64,000 nt of DNA from Candidatus Sumerlaeota bacterium (GCA_017161705.1 JADFCW010000002.1:4528-68527); one strand, 5' to 3'; positions 20,466-32,200 are shown, counted from the first letter of the stretch. The notes: generated from the sequence alone by a model not told the origin. Translations and numbers: made by a program.

Positions 20466-21475
20466 AAAGCCAACACGAAACCCGGCGCGAGTTTGTGCGC
20501 GACACGGCGATCGCCGCAGCCGGCCTGGTTGCAGGCCTAGCAAATCCGGCCGGCCGTAACGCCGCCGCCGCAGAACCCGCGGTCGAACCGTCGAAAATCC
20601 TCAATTACAATCCCAACATGGAATATCGCCGACTGGGCAAAACCGGCTTGATGGTTTCGGCCGTTTGCCTCGGCGGGCACTCGCGAAGCACCGATCAGCA
20701 ACGGACGGAAATTGTGACGCGCTGCATCGAGGCGGGCATCAACTATATTGATGCCTGCACCGCCGGCGAGGTCGTGCGCGATGCCAAAGCCCTCAAAGGC
20801 CGGCGCGACAAAATGTATTTGGCGCTGTCGCATTGCGCCAACGAGGTGCGCAACGAGAACTACCGCACAGCGCCCAAACTCCTGGAGTCGCTCGACGAGG
20901 TGCTCAAAGCCTCGAATCAGGACTACACCGACCTGTGGCGTATTACCTGCTTCGAGCCCGGCGGCCGGCACACCTTCGACACCTCCTGCGAGATCGTGCA
21001 GGCGTTGGAGACCGCCAAGAAACAGGGGAAAGCCCGGTTCATCGGCTTCTCGTCGCACGACCGCCGGTGGATCAAGTTTATGATCGAGTATTTCCCTTCG
21101 ATCGAGGTCGTTTGCTTTCCCTTTACGACCATGAGCAAGACCGCACCGACCGACAGTCTTTTCCCGGCGCTGAAAAAATGCGACGTGGGCGCCTTCGGCA
21201 TCAAACCGTTCGGCGCCGGCTCCCTTTTCGAGGGCAATCCGGCGGAAGATCTCAAGCGCGCGCGTTTGGCCATCCGATACATTCTCGCCACCAATACTGT
21301 GATCCCCATTCCCGGTCTCAACAGTGTGGCCGAGGTGGACAACGTCGTTCAAGCCGTGAAAGAGCGGCGCGAACTCGACGTAAAGGAAAAGGCCGAGATT
21401 CAGGAAGCCAGCGATCGCATGTGGGCCAATCTCCCGAACCATTACGCATGGTTGAGAGACTGGGAATACGTCTGA
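20462..21475 (+). CDS. Aldo/keto reductase family oxidoreductase, Tat-exported
   Basis: Tat motif TRREFVRDTAIAAAGL. AKR core (GINYIDACTAG, FIGFSSH). Confidence 0.8.
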   Translation: MKSQHETRREFVRDTAIAAAGLVAGLANPAGRNAAAAEPAVEPSKILNYNPNMEYRRLGKTGLMVSAVCLGGHSRSTDQQRTEIVTRCIEAGINYIDACTAGEVVRDAKALKGRRDKMYLALSHCANEVRNENYRTAPKLLESLDEVLKASNQDYTDLWRITCFEPGGRHTFDTSCEIVQALETAKKQGKARFIGFSSHDRRWIKFMIEYFPSIEVVCFPFTTMSKTAPTDSLFPALKKCDVGAFGIKPFGAGSLFEGNPAEDLKRARLAIRYILATNTVIPIPGLNSVAEVDNVVQAVKERRELDVKEKAEIQEASDRMWANLPNHYAWLRDWEYV

Positions 21476-21559
21476 GCCGCCGCTGACTCCGGTCAGGTCC
21501 ACAATCAACAGGCGCCAAGCGCTTTTGCCAAACTCAGTACTCGAGGAAATGGGAAACCG

Positions 21560-22126
21560 ATGAAATGCCGTTGCTTGCTGGTGATGCTCGTTGCTGCCGT
21601 TCTCGGCATGGCGTGTAAGCGGATAAAGGTCGAACAGAAGAATATCTCCGATCGGCAAGCCGCCGCGGCATTGGCGCCGGCAGCGGATGCGCCGCCTGCC
21701 GCCCAGGAGACGGCGCTAGCGAAGAACAACGATGAACCGCTGTTGCTCCTCGACAATGGGCCGGACGACAAGCCCTCTACAGGGCCGGTTGCCGATAACA
21801 GCCGCTGCCACGTCTGCCATCTGAACTTTGAGCAAGAACCCCTGGCGCTCTGGCACGCACGTGCCAATGTCAGCTGCGCACAATGCCACGGCCCGTCGGA
21901 TGCACACATTGCCGACGAGTCGTGGGCCTCGGGCGGAAACGGCACCGCTCCCGACATCATGTATTTGCCGCACCAGATCAACCCCTCGTGCATGGAATGC
22001 CACCCGAAAGAGAAGCTTGCCGCCGGCGCGCGTTGCCTTTTCGCCTCGGCACCGGACGACAAAAAAAACTGTACCGATTGCCACGGCAAACACCGCATGG
22101 CCAGCCGCCGGTGTAAATGGAAATGA
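21560..22126 (+). CDS. Tetraheme c-type cytochrome lipoprotein
   Basis: Four CxxCH motifs (CHVCH, CAQCH, CMECH, CTDCH). Lipobox LGMAC. Confidence 0.75.
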   Translation: MKCRCLLVMLVAAVLGMACKRIKVEQKNISDRQAAAALAPAADAPPAAQETALAKNNDEPLLLLDNGPDDKPSTGPVADNSRCHVCHLNFEQEPLALWHARANVSCAQCHGPSDAHIADESWASGGNGTAPDIMYLPHQINPSCMECHPKEKLAAGARCLFASAPDDKKNCTDCHGKHRMASRRCKWK

Positions 22127-22329
22127 GGCGGACCGTAAATGGGCAATTAACGCCGGAAATTCGCAACGCGAAAGCGCATGCGCATCCCGCTTGACTTTGA
22201 GTGAATTGCCGCCTGCTATCTTTTGCGTAACCCGCTTTGCCAGAGGGCTAGATCTCAAAATTGAAAAATTCCAAGGCGGCCGTAAAAGCTAGGGCAATAG
22301 GTTGTCTTGCGATGACCCCATATAGCAAA

Positions 22330-22348
22330 GCGGCAGCATGGCTGCCGC
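22330..22348. terminator. Hairpin 1 of repeat copy 3 (GCGGCAGC-ATG-GCTGCCGC)
   Basis: Perfect 8 bp GC stem. Confidence 0.4.
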
Positions 22349-22401
22349 ACTCCAAAACTTTTGGCCTGATCCGGCAAGGCGAAATGCTTCTGCTTTGGAC
22401 T

Positions 22402-22424
22402 GCGGCAGCCGTGCTGCCGCTTTT
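22402..22424 (+). terminator. Hairpin 2 of repeat copy 3 (GCGGCAGC-CGT-GCTGCCGC) followed by TTTTGCCCGACAA
   Basis: Perfect stem plus T-tract, 280 bp after the cytochrome stop and 175 bp before the PhoD-like start. Confidence 0.5.
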
Positions 22425-22597
22425 GCCCGACAAGTTCCGACGCACCGAACGTAGCCCAGAGATCTAACCCGACATGGGATGTTCTAGAAAGATGCACGCA
22501 TTTGGGCTAAATCTATAAGCGAAAGAATCTAAAAGCCATTTGCATCAAAAAAAGCCCGGAGCACCGCCAGTCTTATTTTGATGAAAGGAGCATTGTC

Positions 22598-24166
22598 ATG
22601 CCCGGAAGGAAATGTCTCGCACACGGTCTTGTCGCCTCGGTTCTCGCCGGTCTCCTGTTGTGCAACCCCTGTTTCGCCGGCAAGGCCAGGAAACCCAAAA
22701 ACACCCCTGCCACAGAGGCAACCACGGCGACAAAACTTACGCCCGAGCAGATCGAAAAGACTAAACCCACCAAAGCCGGCACACTCGAAGATAATTTGCG
22801 GCTGCTGAACCAGTGGGTCCAGCAAAGCGATCTGGTCAACCGCCTTTACACCGCCGCATACAAGGTGCTTGCGGCGAAGCTTGACGCGACGTTTATGGAT
22901 GTTGCCAACGACACCGACGTGCAGGCTATCTGCCGCGACAACGGCATCGTCCATTTCGGCGGCCCGATGTTAGGGTCGGTCACGCCGGACGGCGCGCGCG
23001 TGTGGGTGCGAACGGTTCGGCCGGCCAAAGTCGAGGTGCGCGTGACCGTGGACGGCGCCGAAAAAACCTTCGGCCCCGTCGAAAGCACGCCGGAAAGCGA
23101 TCTCAGCGCCGTCGTGCCGGTCACCGGCCTCAAACCCGGTCAGCGCTATCCCTACCGCGTGTTCGTGGACGGCAAACCGATCCCTGTTCCCGACCATGCC
23201 GCAATCACGCCTTGTCCGCGCACCGATGCACCCGGCAAAGTGCGTATTGCATTTGGCAGCTGCTATCACCGCTGGGGAATCGGTAACATGCGGCAGGCGG
23301 AGATGATCCGGCGGCGCGAGCCGGCGGCTCTCCTGCTTCTGGGCGACATCGCCGTACAGGACCGCAACAATCATGTTGGACTCCATCGCGCCGACTATCT
23401 CCAGCGCGACTTCCAGCCGGCCTGGCGCGACCTGACCGCAGCCGTTCCCGTCTTCGCCACGTGGGATGATCATGACTACTTTGACAACGACCTGTTCGGC
23501 ATTCCGAAAGGCTTCACACGCGAGGACCAGATCCGGATCTGGGAAGTGTTCCGGTGGGCATGGAACAATCCGTCCTACGGATTCGGCGACGAGCGGCGCG
23601 GCGTGTTCCTGCGCACGCGAATCGGCCCGTGCGACGTGATCATGGTAGACGGGCGTTTTTTCCGCGAAGGCCGGAAAGGCTCCTATCTGGGCGACGACCA
23701 GATGAAGTGGCTGGAAACGCAGCTGCTCGACTGCAAAGGGCCCTTTATCATTTTGTCCAACGGTACAATGTGGAGCGACTATGTGTCGGACGGAAAAGAT
23801 TCGTGGGGACGGTGGGACCCGGAAGGACGGGAGCGGCTGTTCAGCCTGATGGAGAAAAACCGGGTCGCAGGCGTCTTGATGATTTCAGGCGACCGGCACG
23901 GCGCGCGCGGGTTCCAAATCCCGCGCCCGTCCGGCTTCAATTTCTATGAATTCGAGGCAGGCAGTTTGGGCGGTCGAAGCGGCCCGCCGGTAACCATTCC
24001 CGGCGCGCCGCAGCTCTACGGGATCGCCGATACCTATGCATTCGGGGAATTCACCATTGACGCCACGGTGGCCGACCCGACCGTCGAGTTCCGGTTGATC
24101 GGCGAGGATGGAACGATTATCTATGAAACCAAATTGACACGGAGCCAGTTGACACCGCGCGGATAA
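22598..24166 (+). CDS. PhoD-like phosphatase/phosphodiesterase (calcineurin-like metallophosphoesterase)
   Basis: AAAGGAG RBS, lipoprotein-like signal, and metallophos motifs (LLGDIAV, WDDHDY, GDRHG). Confidence 0.8.
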   Translation: MPGRKCLAHGLVASVLAGLLLCNPCFAGKARKPKNTPATEATTATKLTPEQIEKTKPTKAGTLEDNLRLLNQWVQQSDLVNRLYTAAYKVLAAKLDATFMDVANDTDVQAICRDNGIVHFGGPMLGSVTPDGARVWVRTVRPAKVEVRVTVDGAEKTFGPVESTPESDLSAVVPVTGLKPGQRYPYRVFVDGKPIPVPDHAAITPCPRTDAPGKVRIAFGSCYHRWGIGNMRQAEMIRRREPAALLLLGDIAVQDRNNHVGLHRADYLQRDFQPAWRDLTAAVPVFATWDDHDYFDNDLFGIPKGFTREDQIRIWEVFRWAWNNPSYGFGDERRGVFLRTRIGPCDVIMVDGRFFREGRKGSYLGDDQMKWLETQLLDCKGPFIILSNGTMWSDYVSDGKDSWGRWDPEGRERLFSLMEKNRVAGVLMISGDRHGARGFQIPRPSGFNFYEFEAGSLGGRSGPPVTIPGAPQLYGIADTYAFGEFTIDATVADPTVEFRLIGEDGTIIYETKLTRSQLTPRG

Positions 24167-24268
24167 AGCAGTAGTTGCCCAGGACCAGACCCCTCGCGCG
24201 CGGCGAGAGAAATTTCCCTCACACGGGGCGTCAAGGTTGTTTAAAGTCCAAATGACAAAGGTGTTGAC

Positions 24269-25723
24269 ATGATATCTTCTCTCCTTTCCCGGCGCGCCTT
24301 TTTAAAAAAGGCCGCAATAGGCGGCGCGGCATTTCTTGCAGGCGGAATCCTGCACGATGGTCCAGTCGGTATGGCCGCCGCCCCGAAACGCCGCGGCATG
24401 GAACAGCCTGCTCTTGATGCCGCACGGCCTAATATCATCCTCTGCATGGCCGACGATTTGGGCTGGGGCGATGTCGGCTATAACGGCCATCCGGTGCTAA
24501 AAACTCCATGCCTCGACGAAATGTCGCAAAGCGGATTGCGATTCGATCGCTGGTATGCAGCGGCGCCGGTCTGTTCGCCCACGCGCGGCAGCTGCCTGAC
24601 TGGAAGGCATCCTTACCGCTATGGGATTTTCTCCGCCAACGTCGGCTCGATGCCGAAAGAGGAGATCACGCTGGCGGAAGCGCTCAAAACGCAGGGCTAT
24701 GTCACGGGGCATTTCGGCAAGTGGCATTTGGGAACGTTGACCCGCGACGTCAAGGATGCGCGCCGCGGCGGCAGTGGCGACGAAAACTATTCCCCGCCGT
24801 GGGACAACGGCTTCGATGTCTGTTTTTCAACCGAATGCCAGGTGCCCACCTGGGACCCGATGGTCAACCAGGTGTTCCCTTCGCGCTACTGGACGGGGCC
24901 GGGAACGTGGGCATCGGACAATCTCGAAGGCGACGACTCGCGCGTGATCATGGACCGCGCAATCCCGTTTATCCGACAGGCTGCCGCCGATCGGAAACCC
25001 TTCCTGGCGGTCATATGGTTTCACACGCCCCACGAACCCGTTCGCGCGGGAGCCGAATACCGCAAGCGATATGCCGATCAGGATAAGCCGCATCAGCATT
25101 ACTACGGCTGCATTACCGCCATGGACGAGCAGGTGGGGCGGTTGCGCAAGGAACTTCGCGCGCTGGGTATTGCCGAAAATACGCTGTTGTGGTTCAGTTC
25201 GGACAACGGGCCCGAACATAAGACCGGTCCGGGTTCGGCCGGTCCGTTTCGCGGCCGCAAACGCGACTTGCTCGAAGGCGGCGTGCGTGTGCCCGGATTG
25301 CTGGAATGGCCCGCGAAAATCAAGGCGCCGCGCACGACAGCCGTCCCCGCGTGCACGTCCGATTACTTCCCAACGGTTCTGGAGATTCTGGGTTTCAGCC
25401 TGAAAGGCCAGCCCCAGCCCCTCGATGGGATCAGTCTCCTCCCGCTGATGGAAGGAACCATGACCGAGCGGCCGCATCCGATTGCTTTCGAGTCCGGCAA
25501 CCAGAGTGCGCTAATTGATAATCGCTATAAGGTTATCTCGGTGAACGGAGGCGAAACCTTTGCCCTTTATGATATCGTCGAAGACAGCGGTGAAACCAAA
25601 GATCTTGCCGCCGCGCAACCTGAATTGCGCGACCGCATGGTGAAAACGCTCAAGCAATGGCAGGCATCGTGCAAAGACAGCCTGGCCGGCAAGGACTATC
25701 CCCGTTCTCCCGTCCCGGATTGA
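24269..25723 (+). CDS. Sulfatase (formylglycine-dependent, arylsulfatase A family), Tat signal
   Basis: RRAFLKKAAIGG. Signature CSPTRGSCLTGR, DDLGWGD, GKWHLG. Confidence 0.85.
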   Translation: MISSLLSRRAFLKKAAIGGAAFLAGGILHDGPVGMAAAPKRRGMEQPALDAARPNIILCMADDLGWGDVGYNGHPVLKTPCLDEMSQSGLRFDRWYAAAPVCSPTRGSCLTGRHPYRYGIFSANVGSMPKEEITLAEALKTQGYVTGHFGKWHLGTLTRDVKDARRGGSGDENYSPPWDNGFDVCFSTECQVPTWDPMVNQVFPSRYWTGPGTWASDNLEGDDSRVIMDRAIPFIRQAAADRKPFLAVIWFHTPHEPVRAGAEYRKRYADQDKPHQHYYGCITAMDEQVGRLRKELRALGIAENTLLWFSSDNGPEHKTGPGSAGPFRGRKRDLLEGGVRVPGLLEWPAKIKAPRTTAVPACTSDYFPTVLEILGFSLKGQPQPLDGISLLPLMEGTMTERPHPIAFESGNQSALIDNRYKVISVNGGETFALYDIVEDSGETKDLAAAQPELRDRMVKTLKQWQASCKDSLAGKDYPRSPVPD

Positions 25724-25768
25724 CGGGAGGCAGCATCATTCATTCTTGATGACAGAAAGGATCGTATC

Positions 25769-27295
25769 ATGAAAAAGCGAACCGTTTCTCGCAGCGCATT
25801 TCTGAAGCAGGCAGCTGCCGGCGGCGCCGCATTGCTCGCCGGCGCCTCGCTGCTCGACAGTGCTGTCGGCGAGGCTGCCGCGCCGAAACGCCGCACCCAG
25901 AAACAAGCGGGCTCCGATGCCGCGCGGCCCAACATTATCCTCTGCATGACCGACGACCAGGGCTGGGCCGACGTCGGCTACAACAGCGCCAACAACCCCG
26001 AACGCGACAAAGTCAAGACGCCCGTGTTGGATGAAATGGCCGCCTCCGGCATCCGGTTCGACCGCTTCTACGCCCACGCGCCCCTGTGCTCGCCCACGCG
26101 CGGCAGCGTCCTGACCGGGCGCCATCCTTTCCGCTACGGCACATTTACGCCCGGCGCGCCCTTCCGCAATCAGGAAATAACGATCGCTCAAGCCCTGAAG
26201 TCGGCCGGCTATACCACAGGCCATTTTGGCAAATGGCATCTGAACGGCGTCAGCGGCCCCGGCCAGCCCGTCCTCGGCGACGACCCGTTGAGCCCCGGTC
26301 GTTTTGGGTTCGATGAATGGTTTTCGGTCACCAACTACTTCGAGCACGACTGGACCTTCAGCCGCAAGGGCGAGCGGGTCAAAGTTCCCGGCGACGGCTC
26401 CGATGCGATCGTCTCCGAGGCCTTGCGATTCATTTCCGACGCGGTGAAAAACCAAAAACCGTTCCTCGCCGTGATCTGGTATGGAAATCCGCACGTGCCG
26501 ATCGAGCCGATACCGGAGTATCAGGAGAAAGCCGGCGGCTCGGCCTACTACGGCGAGATCTACGGCGTGGACCACAGCCTGGGAATGCTGCGCAGCGAGT
26601 TGCGGCGTCTGGGCATCGCCGACAACACCCTGATCTGGTTCACCAGCGACAACGGCGGCGTGCCCGAGTATTCCGTGGGCGGTCTGCGCGGCCGCAAAAG
26701 CACGGTCTGGGAGGGGGGGCTGCGCGTTCCCGGCATCATCGAATGGCCAGCCCGCATTCGCAAACCCATCCGGACCGACATCCCGGCCGTCAGCAGCGAT
26801 ATCTATCCCACCATTTTGGAACTGACCGGCGTCACGGTTCCCAACCAGGTCCAACCGCTGGACGGCATCAGTCTTGTCCCTCTCTTGGAAGGGCGAATGA
26901 CCGAAAGGCCCACGCCCATTGCTTTCTGGCATGGCGGCGGCGGGAAAAAAGATGCCGGCCATGCGGCACTGACCGACAACCGCTATAAGCTGCACAAACT
27001 GTCGCCCGACAAATACGAACTTTACGACCTCGTGGCGGATATGGCCGAAACCAAAGACATTGCAGCCGAGCATCCCGACGTCGTGGAGAAAATGAAAGCG
27101 ACGCTCCTGGCTTGGCAGGATTCGGTGGTCAACAGCCTCGCGGGCAACGACTATCCGGGCGGCCTGTCGCACGAGGCGGTCGCCGCCGCGGCGGAGTTTT
27201 CCCGCACCCGCTACGAGGACCTGCGCAAGGCCAAGAAAGAAGCCGAGCAGGAACCCAAGAAGGAATCCAAGGCGTCGCGCAAGAAAGCTAAATAA
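25769..27295 (+). CDS. Sulfatase (formylglycine-dependent), Tat signal, Lys-rich C-terminal tail
   Basis: SRSAFLKQAAAGG. CSPTRGSVLTGR. Paralog of the preceding gene. Confidence 0.85.
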   Translation: MKKRTVSRSAFLKQAAAGGAALLAGASLLDSAVGEAAAPKRRTQKQAGSDAARPNIILCMTDDQGWADVGYNSANNPERDKVKTPVLDEMAASGIRFDRFYAHAPLCSPTRGSVLTGRHPFRYGTFTPGAPFRNQEITIAQALKSAGYTTGHFGKWHLNGVSGPGQPVLGDDPLSPGRFGFDEWFSVTNYFEHDWTFSRKGERVKVPGDGSDAIVSEALRFISDAVKNQKPFLAVIWYGNPHVPIEPIPEYQEKAGGSAYYGEIYGVDHSLGMLRSELRRLGIADNTLIWFTSDNGGVPEYSVGGLRGRKSTVWEGGLRVPGIIEWPARIRKPIRTDIPAVSSDIYPTILELTGVTVPNQVQPLDGISLVPLLEGRMTERPTPIAFWHGGGGKKDAGHAALTDNRYKLHKLSPDKYELYDLVADMAETKDIAAEHPDVVEKMKATLLAWQDSVVNSLAGNDYPGGLSHEAVAAAAEFSRTRYEDLRKAKKEAEQEPKKESKASRKKAK

Positions 27296-27553
27296 ACCGA
27301 ATAACGGCGGTTGGACGTAAGAGGTTGGAACTGGGACCACGGAAGATCGAGACCTTCCGCCATCCGACAAGGTCTTGACCGATTCATCCATTCGGTGAGT
27401 GCAAAACCGGGCAAGCCGTCCCCGGAGGTCCTGGCTTTGCTACAATCCAACTTCTCACGTCCAACATCCATCTTCTCTTTTCAGGTTTTGGGAATTCGAA
27501 AGGTTGGCATCTGTTCGACTGACATCGCGGCCGACGCCGGAGAGGGAGTGCTT

Positions 27554-28834
27554 TTATGCAGTGAGTGGCGTTTTGATCTTGCAGACAACGGAGTGGCGGC
27601 GCGGGCTGCGGACAATCGGGAGCTCATCCACGACTTTGACCTCCACGCCGATTTGCTGGTTGAATAACTCCACGCACTTGCTGCGCATCATCGCCGACGT
27701 CCGCTCGTTGAATAGCGTAGTCGGCACCACCAGAATCTCGACTTTGCGCGGCTCGATCTGGACTAGCCGATAGGCCAGAACGTTGGTGAACTGATCGAGA
27801 ATATGTTCGATTTGCCGGGTGCCGACATACCCTCCGCCCGGCAGATGAACCGAGTGCTCAAACCGCCCGTGCACGCCCTCGAGCACCGGCCCCTGCCAGC
27901 CGCATTTGCACGGCCCTTTTTTCCAGCTGGCCACATCGCCCGTCCGATAGCGGATCAACGGCATGGTGTCATTGGCCAGACTGGTTAGGACCACCTCGCC
28001 CGGTTCGCCCGGATTGACCGGGTGGTCGTTGTGCAGAATCTCGACGTGAACCAGATCGAAATTCACGTGGAGTCCGTCGCGCGCCGGGCACTCGGCGGCG
28101 ACCGGCCCCAATTCCCACATCGTGTAAACATCCGTCGGCGGAATCCCAAACGTCTCGCGCAGCGTGTCGCGGTCGCTGGCCCGCATCACTTCTCCCCAGC
28201 TCAGGAGTAGCCGCGGCTGGAATCCCAGCGTCTTACCTTTGCGGATTTCCTGGCCGATGCGGCTGAGCGCCCACAGCGGCGCCGCCACGCAATCCGGCTT
28301 TACGCGGCTGATCACATGCAAATGCTCGAGGGTAGTCTCGGATGTGGGTACATAGTATCGCCGCCCGCGCAACATGCTGTCGAGCCATGTCGGCGGCGGC
28401 GGGGTCAGGCCTTCCGGCAGAATAGCCACGCGGTCGTGGCGGCCGGTCAGACCGTGGCCCTCGACGATGCGCCGCTCGATCAGGCGAATCGTTTCGTATT
28501 CGTCGGGGGAAAGAAAAACGCACGGCGCGGCAACTCCCGGCTCGGCCGCGGCAGCCCGCCGCCGGCACGACTCGCGCACTGTGCCGCGCGCCAGAAACGC
28601 ATCGGCTTCGCTTTGCAGATCGGCTCTCGTCGTGAACGGCAGGATGGATATATCGCGCAGTTGCCGGATATCGCGAAGTTTGATCCCATGCGAATGAAAG
28701 CGCTTTTCATAGAAAGGAACGTGCTGGGCCGCGCGCTCGATGACCTGGTGCAGACGCGACTCCGCAAATTTGGCAATCTGGCGCGCCGACCAATGCGCTC
28801 GATCGAGAATGTCTTTGGGATGGATTTTGGCCAT
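27554..28834 (-). CDS. PaaK/CapK/F390-synthetase-like adenylate-forming enzyme
   Basis: Start trimmed to MAKIHPKDI. Carries the ANL-superfamily core of PaaK-family ligases (YRTGDVASW) but is divergent from canonical PaaK. Confidence 0.6.
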   Translation of the reverse strand: MAKIHPKDILDRAHWSARQIAKFAESRLHQVIERAAQHVPFYEKRFHSHGIKLRDIRQLRDISILPFTTRADLQSEADAFLARGTVRESCRRRAAAAEPGVAAPCVFLSPDEYETIRLIERRIVEGHGLTGRHDRVAILPEGLTPPPPTWLDSMLRGRRYYVPTSETTLEHLHVISRVKPDCVAAPLWALSRIGQEIRKGKTLGFQPRLLLSWGEVMRASDRDTLRETFGIPPTDVYTMWELGPVAAECPARDGLHVNFDLVHVEILHNDHPVNPGEPGEVVLTSLANDTMPLIRYRTGDVASWKKGPCKCGWQGPVLEGVHGRFEHSVHLPGGGYVGTRQIEHILDQFTNVLAYRLVQIEPRKVEILVVPTTLFNERTSAMMRSKCVELFNQQIGVEVKVVDELPIVRSPRRHSVVCKIKTPLTA

Positions 28835-29211
28835 CGGGCTCGCTCGCCGTCGAAAATTACACCCCCTACTGCACTTCCTGCTTATGCTGTGTTTATGCCC
28901 CATCCTCCGCCGCGCCGCAAGCCTTTTCTTGCATAAAACGTTGCGTGGCGTAGGTTCGAAATGCCGGCGCTGCGATGCCGCGCCCTCTGCCACGTCGCCG
29001 CCCGGCCTATCGGTTCCAATCCCAGCGTTACCCTCTCCGCCCTCCTGAACGTTTGCAGCTTGTGTCAGTAGCCCTTGGCTATGCCAACCAGGAAGAGCGT
29101 CTCTTCGGCGACATCGGTTGGCCTTGACCCGCTCACTTGCATGGACGAACTATATGAAGGTTGATGCGGATATGCGGCAAATTTGACTCAAACGGCCGAT
29201 AGTAATCGCTC

Positions 29212-32200
29212 ATGGGAAAAGAGCCCATGTCCTGGACCGCCGCACAGCGGCGTGCAATTGAAACGCGCGGGGCCGACCTGCTCGTGGCCGCCTCGGCCGG
29301 CACGGGCAAGACCGCGGTCCTCGTCGAGCGCTGCATCCGCCTGGTAACGGATCCGATCGCCCCGATAGACCTCGATCGCCTGCTTGTGGTGACCTTCACG
29401 GAGGCGGCAGCCGCGGAAATGCGCAACCGGATCGGCGAGGCGCTGCATCGCCAGATCGCGCAGCACCCGGCGGATGCCCGGTTGCGGCGGCAGTTGATGT
29501 TGCTCGACCGCGCAATGATCTCAACGCTGCATTCCTTCGCGTTCCGCATAATTCAGGAACATTTCTTCCGCCTCGGCCTCGATCCGAATCTGGCAGTGCT
29601 GGATCCAGACGAAGCACTTCTGCTGCGCCATGAAACGCTCGACGATGTGTTCGAGGCCCTTTACACAAGCGAGAGCGAAACAGGGCAGCGGTTTGTGCGC
29701 CTGATCGAGCGCTATGGAAAGGACGGCGACGACGCGCCGGTGCGCAGCGCCGTTCTAAACCTGTGGGAGTTTCTGCGAAGTCTGCCGCGTCCGGAGCAGT
29801 GGAAGCGGCAGGTGTTGGACTCCTATCCGAAACCCGATGAAGCCCCCCCGCCTTTCGAGCGCCTTCGCCGCTGGTATGAGCCCTTTGTAGCCGCGCTGCG
29901 CGAGAACATGTTGCAGATCGAATCGGACCTCAGGGCCGCAGCGCAATGGGTCTATGATGCCGATCCCTCAACACGGGGATATACGCAATTCTTTCGAGAC
30001 GTTGCGGACGAGATGGCGAAATTGCGCGCGACGCTCCAGACCAACGGATACGACGCGTTCCACGAGGCCATCGGAAAGTGGGAATATCCGAAGTTGCGCA
30101 CAAATCCCGCCGTCGCCGACGATTTCATGCAGCAGGTGCGCGCACGGAACGACAAAATTCGCGAGGCCAAAAAGACACTTTTCAAGAACTGGTGCGTACT
30201 GTCCGGCGCGCAATGGGCAGAGACGCTGCGGGCCACACGCGCGGACGTAGAGATGATGTTCGAACTGGTCGAGCGGTTCGACGCCGCGTTTGCACGCGTC
30301 AAGCGCGAGCGCGGCGAAGTGGACTTCGGCGACCTCGAGCGGTTCTGTTTCGATTTACTGTGCGACAAGGCAGCCTCGGAAGGCGACCGCTATGCGCCGT
30401 CGGAAGTGGCGCGCAAAGAACTGCGCGATCGCTTCGAGGCGGTCCTGGTGGACGAATATCAGGATATCAATCCGCTGCAGGATGCGATCATCCGGCTGTG
30501 TGCGCGGGAAAACGATCCGCAACGGCCGCCGAACCTGTTCATGGTTGGCGATGTCAAACAGTCCATCTATCGGTTCCGGCTGGCCGAGCCGAAGTTGTTC
30601 CTGCAACGCCTGGCGGCGTTTCGCTCGGAAGGGGGCGCGGGGATCGGGCAACGCATTGACCTGTCGGAAAACCACCGAAGCCGGCCGGGGCTGCTTGCGG
30701 CGATCAATGCACTGTGCAGCCGGATCATGTCGCCCGAGGTGGGGGGAATTGTCTATGATTCGGCAGCAGAGTTACGGGGAGGATTCGATTTTCCAAAGGA
30801 AAGCAGCGGCGACATTCCGCCGCCGGTCACAGGACTGCCCGTCGAAGTTCACTTCTTCGACCGCGCGCGAGAGGAAACTATATCAGAAAGCGAGACCACT
30901 GCAGAATCGACGGAAGTTGACGAAGAAGAACCCAGGGACGGATCTGAGGCAGGGGCTTTGGCTGGTGCGGCGGTCCCGCCTGACGAACTCGAGGAAATCG
31001 AAATCGAGGCGCACTGGGTGGCCCGGCGAATCCGTGCCATGCTCAGCGGCGAGTTTTCCGTATGGGACCGCGGTGAAGGCCGTTACCGACCGGTCGCGCG
31101 CCGGGACATCGCGGTGTTGTTGCAGACGGCGGCGTATAAGGCAGCTCTATTTGTGCGGATTCTGCAGGCACACGGCATCCCTGCTTATACCGACATTCCG
31201 CCCGGGAAATTGCAGCCGGCTGAAATTCGCGACCTGTTCGCATTGCTGGAGCTGCTCGACAATCCCTGCCAGGATATTCCCCTGGCGGCAGTGCTGCGGT
31301 CGCCTCTGGTGCGCCTGAGCGAGGATGATCTGGCGCGCATCCGAATTCATCGCCGCGAGAGCAGCTTCTTTTCCGCCGCGCGCGCCTATTGTGAAAGCGG
31401 ACCGGAGGAACCTCTGCGCCGCCGGCTGGGGGAGTTTTTCGACCGCCTCGATCGCTGGCGGACTCTAGCCCGGCGCGGGCCCCTTGCACGCGCGCTCTGG
31501 GCCATCTACGACGAGACCGGTTATCTGGACTATGTCACGGCGATGGACGGCGGGGCCCAACGACGGGCCAACTTGATTGGGCTGTATGACCGGGCGCGCC
31601 AGTTCGACGAGTTCCGGCGGCGGGGCCTCGCGCGGTTCATTCAGTTTGTCCGCCAGCTGCAGGAAACCGAGAACCAGCTGGCAACACCGCCGGCTGTGTC
31701 GGAAGCCGACGACGTCGTGCGCGTGATGAGCATTCACAAGAGCAAGGGGTTGGAGTTTCCCGTGGTATTCCTGCCGGACATTGGCAAGAATTTCAATTTT
31801 CAAAATACGCGGGAGGACGTGGTTACCGATCGCGACCTTGGCGTGGCGCTGCGGGCCGTGGTGCCCCGGCGGAAAATCAAGTATCCAACGGTCGCGCACG
31901 CGGTGGCCTCGCGGCAGGTCAAGCGCGAGATTCTGGCCGAGAATATCCGCCTGCTGTACGTGGCGTTGACGCGCGCACGAGAAAAACTGGTTCTGTGCGG
32001 CTCGGTAAAGTTGGACAAAGCTTTGCAGGCATGGCGCCAATGCGCGGTTGCCGGGAACGACGGCCGGATTGCGCTGAGCCCCGGCGTTCTGGCATCCGCC
32101 CGCAGTTTTAGCGACTGGATCGGGCCGGCGCTGGCGCGTCTGGGCTGTTTGGGCGATCCAGCCCACCAGCCGCCGCCATCGGATACGTTATTCGCCGTCC

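Larger units (their letters stand above)
22228..22530. repeat. Dispersed ~300 bp intergenic repeat element, copy 3 (two hairpins)
   Basis: Collinear with copy 2 from GCCAGAGRGCTAGATCTCAA to AGCGAAAGAATCTAA. Confidence 0.7.

Noticed and set aside
25736-27391. 551 aa minus-strand ORF
   Set aside because: Antisense to a sulfatase with intact signature motifs. Composition artefact.
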